Shown here piece after piece: positions 51,428 to 64,000 of a stretch of 64,000 nucleotides of DNA. Location: assembly GCA_951406725.2 (NCBI GenBank), contig OX597817.1, forward strand, positions 164,858,001 through 164,922,000, read 5' to 3'. The translations under genes were made by a program, and so were the position numbers. The DNA is from Octopus vulgaris. Its lineage: Eukaryota. Numbering within the stretch: the stretch's first letter is position 1; every line of letters begins with the position of its first letter. A model generated the notes under the pieces. That model was not told the DNA's origin, searched no databases, and saw nothing but the letters and a program-made list of their open reading frames with translations.

Positions 51428-52138
51428 CATATGTCGCCAGGATAGCAACAAAGTGCAGACGACTGGTTGGCTGGATCCTGAGAACATTCAGAACCAGAGA
51501 TAAGGAAACCATGATGGTCTTCTGGAAGACATTCGTCCTCAGCCGCCTGGATTACTGCTCACAGCTATGGTCACCCAACAGTGTGAAATTAACAGCGGAC
51601 CTTGAAGCAATCCAGAGAAGATTCACGAAGAAGATTGTCTCTTTGCAACTGCTCAGCTACTGGGAAAGGTTGAAACAGCTAAGACTCTACTCCCTGGAGA
51701 GAAGGCGGGAGAGGTATGCAGTAATATACATCTGGAAGATCCTGGAAGGAATTGTGCCAAATTTTGGCATTGAAAGCTACACCAATGCCGGAACGGGACG
51801 ACACTGCATAGAGCCAAAGATCCCTGCAACGCCATCGCGCTTCAAGACCAGTTACTACAACAGCCTGGGCTTCAAGAACCCACAGCTTTTTAATATTCTC
51901 CCAAAGAGCCTGAGGAACCTGCACAAAGTAGATGTAGGCGTTTTTAAATCAAAGCTGGACTTCTTCCTGTCGAAAGTCCCAGATGAACTTACATCAAAGT
52001 AAGAGGTGCAAATGAGAGTAGCTATATCAAACTCCATTCTTTACCAATTGCGACATATTGGAGTAAGCTCTCAGTAATAGCAGTGTAGCAAAATGGCGGT
52101 GCATGGCCGCAGCTCTGAGCTGAAACTACAGAAAAAAA
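51428..52138 (+). mobile_element. 5'-truncated CR1-group LINE (ORF2 C-terminus plus 3' UTR)
   Basis: KTFVLSRLDYCSQLWSP, LEAIQRRFTK and YWERLKQLRLYSLERRRER motifs; stop at 52002; stem-loop tail followed by an A run. Confidence 0.88.
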
Positions 52139-52300
52139 TGTGCCGATATGTATTAATATATGTATACGCATTTTAAGTCGAATTTATAAATGTATGAGTA
52201 CGATTGCTTAATTTGAGTTTATATCTCAATTCTTATCTTTGGTCTCGGGTTCGACCCGAGCACTTCTTTTTTGCAGTTCTATATATTTTGTAAAAGCGAA

Positions 52301-52625
<325 letters not shown>

Positions 52626-52656
52626 CAATATATATTTATATATATATATATATATA

Positions 52657-53625
<969 letters not shown>

Positions 53626-53640
53626 AAAAAGAAAAAAAGA

Positions 53641-53677
<37 letters not shown>

Positions 53678-54054
53678 GACAGATAGATACACACAGACAC
53701 ACATACGTACACACACACTCACACATACTCGCACACATATATTGCATTTCTTTCACACAATCATACATCCATTTATCTACGTCGAAGATGTGTAGACGGA
53801 GAAAATCGGGAAAGGTGTAGACACATAAAAAGACAGGTAGAGGCAGGTAAAAAAAAGTGAGGAGGAAGGAGAGGGCTAGTGAGAGAGAAGAGAGGAGGGA
53901 GAGGAGAAAAGAGAATTATCATTTTAATTACATTAATGTGGATATTATTTCTATATGGTGGTTATCGAATAATTGACCGAGTGTTCATTTAGAAACGCTT
54001 AGTAACAATTAATGAATTATGAACTGTTTATGAACAATTATTGTAAGAGTTTGT

Positions 54055-54327
54055 GTTCTTGTATTGTGTTCTTGAGCAAGGCACTTTATTTCACGTTGCT
54101 CCAGTTCACTCAACTGTAGAAATGAGTTGCGACGTCACAGGTGCCAAGCTGTATCGGCCTTTGTCTTACCCTTGGATAACACTGGTGGCGTGGAGAGGGG
54201 GAGGCCGGTATGCATGGGCGACTGCTGGTCTTCCATAAACAACCTTGCCCGGACTTGTGTCTAGGAGGGTAACTTTCTAAGGTGCAATCCCATGGTCATT
54301 CATGACCGAAGGGGGTCTTTACCCTTT
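54055..54327 (+). mobile_element. 5'-truncated SINE family D with a 17-bp TSD
   Basis: TTATTGTAAGAGTTTGT at 54038-54054 and 54328-54344. Confidence 0.88.
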
Positions 54328-54611
54328 TTATTGTAAGAGTTTGTAAGTTTAACCATAGTTCTCGATCACATGCTCCACACGCACACACACACACACAGAC
54401 ACACACACACACACACTTTCTTTCTCCCTCTCTATCTCTTAAACTCACATAAACATGTACAAAAACGCACATCCCACAAGCACGATTTCATATACATATG
54501 AACGTAGATATATGCAAGTGTATGTATGTATTCATATGTGTATACATGTATGTGTGTAGACATATTTATATATATCATATGTATATGATGATGGATATAA
54601 TAATAAAACGT

Positions 54612-54671
<60 letters not shown>

Positions 54672-54705
54672 CACGCAAGCCCATATTTCTATATATACGC
54701 ACGCA

Positions 54706-54751
<46 letters not shown>

Positions 54752-54875
54752 GGCATACATATATGTGTATATATATATATGCATATATATATTCATACCA
54801 ATTTGTGTACATATAAATATGTATACACACACACACACACGCATATATACAAACATATATATATATATATATACA

Positions 54876-55009
<134 letters not shown>

Positions 55010-55498
55010 TGCATACATATGTGTGTGTATGTATCCATGTATGCATCAACGTATGCATATGTCTGTCTATGTATGTGTGATCTCGTACTTAGATAAAAAA
55101 AAAAAATATCTAGATAGTCCAGCCAGAAATGATTTTCTCCGCTTCCTCTCTCTCTATGCGTATGCATGTCCGTCCGTCCATCCATCCGTATGTCTGTATG
55201 TCTGTATGTCTGTATGTATATATCTATCTACCTACCTATTCATTTCTCCACTACCCCCCCTCTCTATCTCTCTCTCTTTCTCTCAAACTATCTGTCTATC
55301 TACTGATCGATCTATTTGATTACATGTCTAACACTTTAGCACTCTCCATACGTCTTTCACACTTTGCTATTGTCATCTCAGCTTGTTATCTTACAGGTGT
55401 TCAATATACATAGAGAGAATTCAGTTTACACGAAGAAGAAACAGCATGAGTGTTTACACTTGACTCCCTTCCTGTTCTCTCATTGTGCATACATACAA

Positions 55499-55579
<81 letters not shown>

Positions 55580-55802
55580 ATATATATATATGATATAAAT
55601 AATATATAAATATATGCATATATACATACATACATGTACATACCTACATATATATGTATATATACATGCATATATGGGTACAGGATATCAAAAAAAAAAA
55701 AAAGTGAACGCAATGAGAAACGAAAACATAAAAACAAAAACATAAAAACGAACTTTTTTCGAACAATATATATATATATATAATAATTATATATACATAT
55801 AT

Positions 55803-55856
<54 letters not shown>

Positions 55857-56014
55857 TCACATATACATATATATATAGACATAAACAGACATACACACAT
55901 ACATATATAAATATAAAAATACATACATATAAAAATACATACATATACATACACACATATATATTCGTGTATCTTTGCGTGTTTATCACTTTGTATCTAT
56001 CTATCTGTCTATCA

Positions 56015-56074
<60 letters not shown>

Positions 56075-56099
56075 GTCTATCTATCTATCTATCTATCTG

Positions 56100-56170
<71 letters not shown>

Positions 56171-56604
56171 GCCTATCTGTCTCTCTGTCTCTGTTTATGT
56201 CTCTGTCTCTCCGTCTCTGTTTGTCTATTTATTTCCTTGTTTGTCTATCTGTCTCCAAGATCTCTAACGCCCTTTGCCATTATATCAAACAGTTTTGACA
56301 TGTCTACAGGTGTTTTCTCTAAGCAGTTATTACATCGGCGATACAATTACAAGTGTATTGACGACAATAACACACGCGACGCCCTTTATCAATTGTTCTA
56401 ACTTACGAAACTAGATAAGACCTACGGTATTATGGACGAGATAGAAATGGTGAAGGCTTGAAGTATTTTGCTATCAAATTTAAATCCAATTTATTCTAAA
56501 GTAAGTACTTCTTACTTTGTATTCTCTCTTTTTCTTACTTTTAATTTTATTTTGATCCAGTTATGTTGCTAACGCTATTCCTAAATGCTTTGAACACACA
56601 CACA

Positions 56605-56657
<53 letters not shown>

Positions 56658-56691
56658 GCATACACAGACGCTCGCACACATGTATTCATAC

Positions 56692-56745
<54 letters not shown>

Positions 56746-56748
<3 letters not shown>

Positions 56749-57128
56749 ATATATAAACGGCAGTTTGTCTGTGCGTGTTTCTGTGTGTCTGTTTTCTCGT
56801 ACCCTCACCCTGACCACGGCTTTCAACCGATTCTGATGAAACTTGACACACACATAGCCCAATGTCATAATTCAAAACTAACGCAGCGAAAATTTTGAAA
56901 AGTTAACCCCAGTTCTGAAAAAAATCGATAAATTCGACATGGGGTCGAGAATCAAAAAAAACAAACCACAGATTGTCTAGGGGACGCAACTCAACCTTTT
57001 TTACTCTCAAAAAAAAATTTACCATAATTTTTTTTCCATTTTTTTGCTATTTTTTTGCTATAACTCTCTAAAAATGCTTTATAGTTATTTCCCTTACAAA
57101 CCTGAGCAACGCCGGGCGATACTGCTAG
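56746..57128 (+). mobile_element. Non-autonomous Helitron
   Basis: a|TC...gagcaacgccgggcgatactgCTAG|t; 5' half matches the 37543 copy, 3' end matches the 36951 copy. Confidence 0.84.
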
Positions 57129-57244
57129 TATGTATATATATATATACATATATATATATAAATGTATATTTTTATGTATACACGCACACACATACAGACA
57201 TATATATGTATATATATTATATATATATATGTATATATCTATGA

Positions 57245-57290
<46 letters not shown>

Positions 57291-57497
57291 TTATATATAC
57301 GAATATACATATGCAGTTATATATACATACACACACATGCGCGTGCACATATATTTATACGAGGTGTAGAGGGACAGCCGACAACTGATGATGGGTCCTT
57401 TCTTTGTGTTTACTTGTCCCGTTTTCCATTTTTTTCATCGTTGAGTACGTATTTCATGCTATTTGCAACATTGGAGACGTCCTGTACACATATATGC

Positions 57498-57535
<38 letters not shown>

Positions 57536-57540
57536 TTTTT

Positions 57541-57939
57541 CCTCTTTTTACTTGTTTCAGTCATTTTGACTGTGGCCATGCTGGAGCACCGCCTTTAATC
57601 GAGCAACTTGATCCCGGGACTTATTCTTTGTAAGCCCAGTACTTATTCTATCGGTCTCTTTTTCCGAACCACTAAGTGACGGGGACATAAACACACCAGC
57701 ATCAGTTGTCAAGCAATGCTAAGGGGGCAAACACAGATACAGAAACATACACGGACATACATATATATACATATATACGACGGGCTTCTTTCAGTTTCCG
57801 TCTACGAAACCCACTCACAAGGCTTTGGTCGGCCCAAGGCTATAGTAGAAGACACTTGCTCAAGGTGCCACGCAGTGGGACTGAATCCGGAACGATGTGG
57901 TTGGCAAACAAGCTACTTACCACACAGCCACTCCTGCGC

Positions 57940-57940
<1 letters not shown>
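57541..57940 (-). mobile_element. SINE family B, full length
   Basis: As for the 45050 copy. Confidence 0.92.
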
Positions 57941-57992
<52 letters not shown>

Positions 57993-58080
57993 TACACATA
58001 CACATATACATATATATACATATATATATACATATATATGTACACATATACATATACATATATATGTACACACACACACA

Positions 58081-58128
<48 letters not shown>

Positions 58129-58163
58129 CATCATTTAATTGAACGCGACGCATCCGTTTTGAA

Positions 58164-58271
<108 letters not shown>

Positions 58272-58689
58272 CAGACACATATACATACACACACACATAC
58301 ACACACACATACATATATAAACACCCATCATTAATTGTGTTTGTGCGAAATTCTTCTTTTAGCTCTCGAGACATTATTACCTCCGCACAAAATGAATTCC
58401 ATCGTTTCAATAATTATTCACCCGTTATAAACACAACACAATTTAACTCATACACAATAACTGTTGTTCCTGAAAAATTATGAAACAAGTATTGACTTGA
58501 TCAGCAACTCAGAGTTTAAGAATATTTGCACTTATACCTCGTCCTGTTATTGGAAATAGCAAAACTGTATCGAAAATCAAATGCGCCGAAACACATAGAT
58601 GTACATGGTTCATGTGTAGACACATAATGTAACTTAAAAGTGAAAAACGTATATATACATGGGTTTCTTTTCTGTGGCAGTCTTTAAAA

Positions 58690-58962
58690 CAACGGCTTCC
58701 AAACTATTTCAGGCTGCCACCCACTTGGAATTCGGGTCACACTCCTACTCTCCACTCACTATCGTAAACAGGGACCACTTTCTGAAGCAAATTCAAAACA
58801 ACTATTTATTTCAGAAATGAAACAACCTAATTAACCTAATTATTATGTCATTTTTACATACATCGCACCCCACTTTGGACATCCTATTATCGCCCCACTT
58901 TCTTCAATGCCATCATTCTGGATCCTCCAGAGGTCCAACACCGCCCACTATAGGAACCACTG
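58690..58962. mobile_element. Possible old hAT MITE
   Basis: Ends caacggcttccaaact / taggaaccactg resemble CAGTGGTTCCCAAAC-type TIRs; flanks ctttaaaa / cgttaaag. Confidence 0.45.
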
Positions 58963-59583
58963 CGTTAAAGCAACCATAAACTACATTAAATTAATTCTTA
59001 CTTACTTAAGCTCTTTGCTCCCTATGGAGAATTGGTCTTGGACGATTTTTCCCCACTTGTTACAACCCTGAGCTACCTTTCCAGTCTCTCTCAGGTCTTG
59101 GTTTTGAATTGTCATCGATTATTGTTTTCTGTGTATAGCGGTTAGCTCTACGCAAGCGCGTTTTTCCCTTTTGGGGAGAGGCGGTCCATATTAGTCTGGC
59201 TTCTATTATATTAGTTAGGCCAGACGAAGAAAGGTAGCGACCGCTGGGGGAATATTGTCTTTGACAAGAGAAAAGATAGAAGAGGAGACAGATAAGAATG
59301 CGCCTGGTCTGTAAGACAGACTGAAAGAAAAGAAAGATGGACGATGGTCACATGTGAGCAAGAAAAAGAAGACGAAAGAGAAGAGAAAGAAGCAGATGAA
59401 GATGAAGACGAAGAGGAAGAAGGAGAAAAAGAAAAAGAGGAAGAGGAAGAGAGAGAAAAGACGGGAGAGGTATTATGCAGTAGTGGAGGCTGTCCATGGA
59501 ATCTACTTTAATGGTCAGTTCTAAATAAGTTCGTAGGTAGTGACTGTTCTTAATATGTGTTGTTTTTAATATTTCCGTGGGTA

Positions 59584-60102
59584 TTATTCTAAGAGCCCTG
59601 TAGTAGTGTCATCTGTGGTGGAAGCATTCAAAAGAGGTTTATATTTTGCGATAAAATGTTCTTTGCTAATGCTCTGATTATATGTAGCATTGTTCCTAAA
59701 TTTATAGAGGGGAAAAATTCTAAAGCTGTGTTGTTCATTAGTGGCGCAAATGACGATGGGTTCACTTAATGCTATTTTTCAGTATTCCTGTATGTTAAAT
59801 CTGGGATCTGTGTACGGTCATCCTCTGGCGTAGACTGTTTTTAGTTTGACCAATGTATTGCTCTCGACAAGTTAACATATATATATATATCAAGTTTTCC
59901 GAAGCACGTGGGAAGTTGTTTGTCAATGTAAAACGTAGATCCTGTTTGAAGGAGAACTCCGATCCCTCAATAAGGTTGACCCAAATACCACATTTCTTTT
60001 ACTGTCGGTTTCGATGTTGTTGTTGATAAGTGTACTTGGGCTTGTGTTACAATACTATTCATTGACTTGGACTGTCTTTTGCTCTTGATAACTGTAGATT
60101 TG

Positions 60103-60104
<2 letters not shown>
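59584..60104 (-). pseudogene. Penelope-like element GIY-YIG endonuclease remnant
   Basis: Minus-strand pieces SENLIYI, CREQYIGQTKNSLRQRMTVHRSQI and KEHFIAKYKPLLN; stops and frameshifts; pyrimidine-rich 3' region continues to ~59230. Confidence 0.82.
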
Positions 60105-60188
<84 letters not shown>

Positions 60189-60189
60189 T

Positions 60190-60422
60190 AATAAATATTA
60201 GGGAATGAATCCAAAATTACAGGGAAAAATCAGATTTAGGGTTAAATCCAATTTTATAGTAAAATATTATATAATATAATTCGAGACAAAACCACTATTT
60301 TAAAACCAAACAAGGAAAGACTTAATCAATACATAAAATCTTAATATATTTAATTTATATTAAAATTTTATGTATTGATTAAGTCTTTTGTTTGGTTTTA
60401 AAATAGTGGTTTTGTCTCGAAT

Positions 60423-60428
<6 letters not shown>
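60190..60428. mobile_element. AT-rich unit plus shorter inverted copy (probable PLE terminal repeat)
   Basis: cgagacaaaaccactattttaaaaccaaac...atacataaaa inverted at 60362-60428. Confidence 0.7.
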
Positions 60429-60466
<38 letters not shown>

Positions 60467-60468
<2 letters not shown>

Positions 60469-60723
60469 TATCGCCCGGCGTTGCTCGGGTTTGTAGTAAC
60501 TATAAAGCATTTTTAAAATAGCCAAAAAAATGGAAAAAAATTTGAGAGTTAAAACTCGAGTTGCGTCCCTAGACAGTCTGTGGTTTGTGTTTCTGATACC
60601 CCATGTCGAATTTATATAGAACTGGGGGAACTTTTCAAAATTTTCTCTGCGTTAGTTTTGAATTATGACATTGGGCTATATTTCATAATATATATAACAG
60701 ACACACAGAAACACACACAGACA

Positions 60724-60727
<4 letters not shown>
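60467..60727 (-). mobile_element. Internally deleted Helitron remnant
   Basis: agtatcgcccggcgttgctcggg hairpin plus blocks matching 56746-57128; CTAG end lost. Confidence 0.7.
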
Positions 60728-60791
<64 letters not shown>

Positions 60792-61061
60792 TATGTATAT
60801 ATATATGTATATATATATACATATGTATATATTTGAAGATTCGATATATTTGACTTATTTGAGGATTTGATTATATATATATATTCATATACATACATGC
60901 ATACATATATATGCAATATACTGATTTTTTTTTGCATTGTATTTACTCTTTTATTATCCTAATTGCTCTGCTTGTTATTATAATTATCACTATCACTAAC
61001 ATCATCACCATTTTCATTTCCGCTATGAAAGAAAAAAAAAGCAACTGAATTCAAAAGAACT

Positions 61062-61272
61062 ATGGTTAGCTACAGAGGTATCATATCTCTTGCCGTCTTC
61101 ATCATGACTACGACTACCGAGTATCTCCCGGAGCTGACAATCACACCAGAGATCAGGCTCACATCGAACTCACTCTATAAGCCAGGTGACTACACCATTG
61201 GAGGCATATTCTCGCTTCACGCGCAGTCTTCTCGCCGAAACTACTCCCACTGTCACAGCTTTAACGACGTTG
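61062..61272 (+). CDS. Probable first coding exon of a class C GPCR (mGluR/CaSR-like Venus flytrap N-terminus)
   Basis: Hydrophobic N-terminus, then YKPGDYTIGGIFSLH...C..FNDVG matching the class C PGDxxIGGLFxxH...C motif; GTGAG donor at 61273 (phase 1); GC-richer than the flanks. Confidence 0.75.
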
Positions 61273-61590
61273 GTGAGAAAATATTTTATTTTGATGGGGT
61301 TTTTTTCTTCTTAATTCTTGATTTTTCGATACCTAACATTTCTGTAACTAAACCATGCATTCATGCTTACATCTATGCATTTAAACTTATGTAGGATGTA
61401 CGTATGTACGTACACACACACACGCACACACACACAGATACACACACACAAACACATATATATGTATACATACCTTACCTACCTACATTTGTATATAACC
61501 AGTGGCCTAAATGTTAATTAAAGTAATATACAATTTATCACCCTCAATATTTAAATTTTACATTTGTATATATATATATATGTATGTATG

Positions 61591-61623
<33 letters not shown>

Positions 61624-61654
61624 GTGTGTGTATGTATGTATGTATGTATGTATG

Positions 61655-61685
<31 letters not shown>

Positions 61686-61725
61686 GTATGTATGTGTGTA
61701 TTATGTACGTATGTATGTATATATG

Positions 61726-61787
<62 letters not shown>

Positions 61788-61879
61788 GCTATCAGTATGT
61801 AAGTATATATGTGCGTGTGTTTGGGTATGTTTAAGGGGAGGCAAGTTCAAGGAAGTTATGCCTTGCCACTTAGAATAAT

Positions 61880-62640
61880 CGACTCGAGGACAAGTCTGGA
61901 GTAAATACAAATGTTAGGGGTTATGTGATCAGGAAAATTTTCAACCATCCATTCCTGTGTTACTAGAGCCATGTGTGACAGTACAGAGTTTTACTGAAAT
62001 ATATATGGCCTTCCGATGCATGCACTGTCTGTCCAGGGCTTAATTATTTCCAAGACCTCAATGTAGGCAGCAGAGTTAGCTCTAAGGCCTTGTGGAAAGA
62101 AGTAAGGAGACAGCACATGTCCTTCAATGCTGACAACCCCCAAAACCATGACAATTGCGGGAAATTTTGTATGCATAACACGTGGAAATTCAGAAGGGTC
62201 TGCACATAACCATCTGTCATTTCTTCTGTTAACTTTTTGATCTTGGTCGAAATTTTTCTCGTTTGTGAAAAACCAAATCAAATCTTCTGCTGGATTTTTC
62301 AGTTTGTTTAAGAGCCTTTTAGATCTGATGTAGTCATTTTCTTTTGCTTTTTCTGACAAATTAACCTTTCCTCATCATATAAGACTTATATTTGTTGTCT
62401 TCATGCAAATCATTTCTGACTGTTCCTTCTGACACATGAAGATCTTTGGGAATTAACTTCATGGACTTTCGAGGATTTTAATCGATAGTCTGTCGAACTT
62501 CTGGATAAATTCACGTGTTCTGATAATCTCAGAGCATTTAGAATGCTCTTTATGCTTTGATACTGGTGATACGTATCCATCTTCAGTCTGTAGCTCCTTA
62601 CAAGCTTTGTAGATGAAAGATCTGGCAACTTTTAAAATCA
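61880..62640 (-). pseudogene. Tc1/mariner transposase remnant, maT (DD37D)-like
   Basis: WFFTNEKNF (catalytic D changed to N), NRRNDRW, TKFPAIVMVLGVVS, PYFF and YIFQ motifs; the third D is lost so spacing cannot be counted. Confidence 0.78.
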
Positions 62641-62980
62641 ATAAACTTGGAAAATGGGTGCCTCAAGAATTGTCCGAAAGCAACCGCAAATCTCGAGTTG
62701 ACATCTGCTCTTCTCTCCATTCTCGCGAACTCATTTCACCCTTTTTGGATAGACTTATGACTGGTGATAAAAATGGATCTTCTACCGAAATGTTAAACGT
62801 CGTAAACAGAGGCTTGGTAAAAATGAAAAAGCTGAATCACAACCAAGAAAGGAACTTCATGAAAAAAAAGTTCTTCTCTCTATCTGGTGGGATTGCAAAG
62901 GAGTAATTCACTTTGAATTGTTACCACCTAATGCAACATTCAATGCTCAAGTCTACTGACAGCAATTAGAGCGTTTGAAG
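62635..62980 (+). pseudogene. mariner (DD34D-type) transposase fragment
   Basis: KLGKWVPQEL, FLDRLMTGDK, then after a frameshift KVLLSIWWDCKGVIHFELLP...QQLERL. Confidence 0.85.
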
Positions 62981-62987
62981 CCTGTCG

Positions 62988-63037
<50 letters not shown>

Positions 63038-63039
<2 letters not shown>

Positions 63040-63286
63040 ATATTAAATTAGAGACAAAACCACTATTATGCAAATCAAACAAAGAAAGACTTAAGCCAAT
63101 ACATAAATTATTTATTTATATAAATTAATTATAAATTAATTTATGTATTGGCTTAAGTCTTTCTTTGTTTGATTTGCATAATAGTGGTTTTGTCTCTAAT
63201 TTAATATAATATAATATTTTACTATAAAATTGGATTCAATCCTAAATCTGATTTTTCCCTGTAAGTTTGGATTTATTCCCTAATAT

Positions 63287-63292
<6 letters not shown>
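63038..63292. mobile_element. AT-rich unit with a short inverted 5' copy (same family as 60190)
   Basis: ~73-bp apparently perfect arms at 63038-63110 and 63137-63209, then an unpaired extension to ~63290. Confidence 0.75.
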
Positions 63293-63331
<39 letters not shown>

Positions 63332-64000
63332 ATTTTTACCAGTTGAAATATGCTTGAGGTATACTCGAACCCACCTGTAAGAAAGCTTTCATTGTATTTT
63401 GTCATGGAGAAAATTTGTCGCCACCGCCAAATAAATTATTGACGTATATGTCTGTGCATGTATACATCTATACATATATATGTATATGTACATGCATACA
63501 TGTTTGTATTTCTGGTCTCTAGGCGCGCTTTCCCAGTCTGTTATACAATGGCCTTTGCGTTTATTCAATGTATTATACCTTATACGTACACCTTTGCAAT
63601 GAAACGATCGTTTTCCAAAATAAAAAGACTCGGTCGTAGGAATGCAGGTCATGTTATGAATTATGATGTTCAATAACTTAGCACATCTGTGCAAAAATAT
63701 GCCTAGGTGCATGTATATACCTATGTCTATGTGATTATTTGTACCTGTGTACATGTATCGGTCACCTTGATTAGCTCTCTCCCACTCGACACACACATTA
63801 GTTTTTTTGTTTGCTTTCTGAGTCTGGAAGAATTAATATCCATAATTTCTCCCCAAGGTCTATGATCTTGATGTGGTCAATATTCTCTTTACACTGTTCC
63901 AAGTTATTATGCAACTTTAACGACATTAAACTCACGAATCTCAAACGGTCTGCACGGGCCACTTTCTCCAGAATATGCAAGTAAAACTCAAACAAGCACG

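Overview
Eukaryotic, repeat-dominated DNA, most likely octopus, judged from the tRNA-derived SINEs and dense TA/CA/TATC microsatellites (recognition, not a database hit). Bases 1-20,744 are a satellite domain: a 23-bp satellite, an A-tract-rich 11-13-bp satellite, a 32-bp repeat and a TA-containing ~70-bp repeat. It contains several strand switches, a patchwork inverted duplication and two inverted copies of a ~1.13-kb solo LTR. Bases 20,745-64,000 hold SINEs, non-autonomous Helitrons, pogo and hAT MITEs, a full-length but frameshifted DD41D Tc1/mariner element, maT and mariner fragments, CR1, RTE and HERO LINE remnants, and a Penelope-like GIY-YIG remnant. The only convincing host coding sequence is a probable first exon of a class C GPCR at 61,062-61,272. 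The most unusual signals are several unrelated type-I hammerhead ribozyme motifs inside short, often palindromic, Penelope-like elements, and the fold-back architecture of the satellite domain. Almost all ORFs in the supplied track are artefacts of repeats. Repeat boundaries were read by eye and are approximate.
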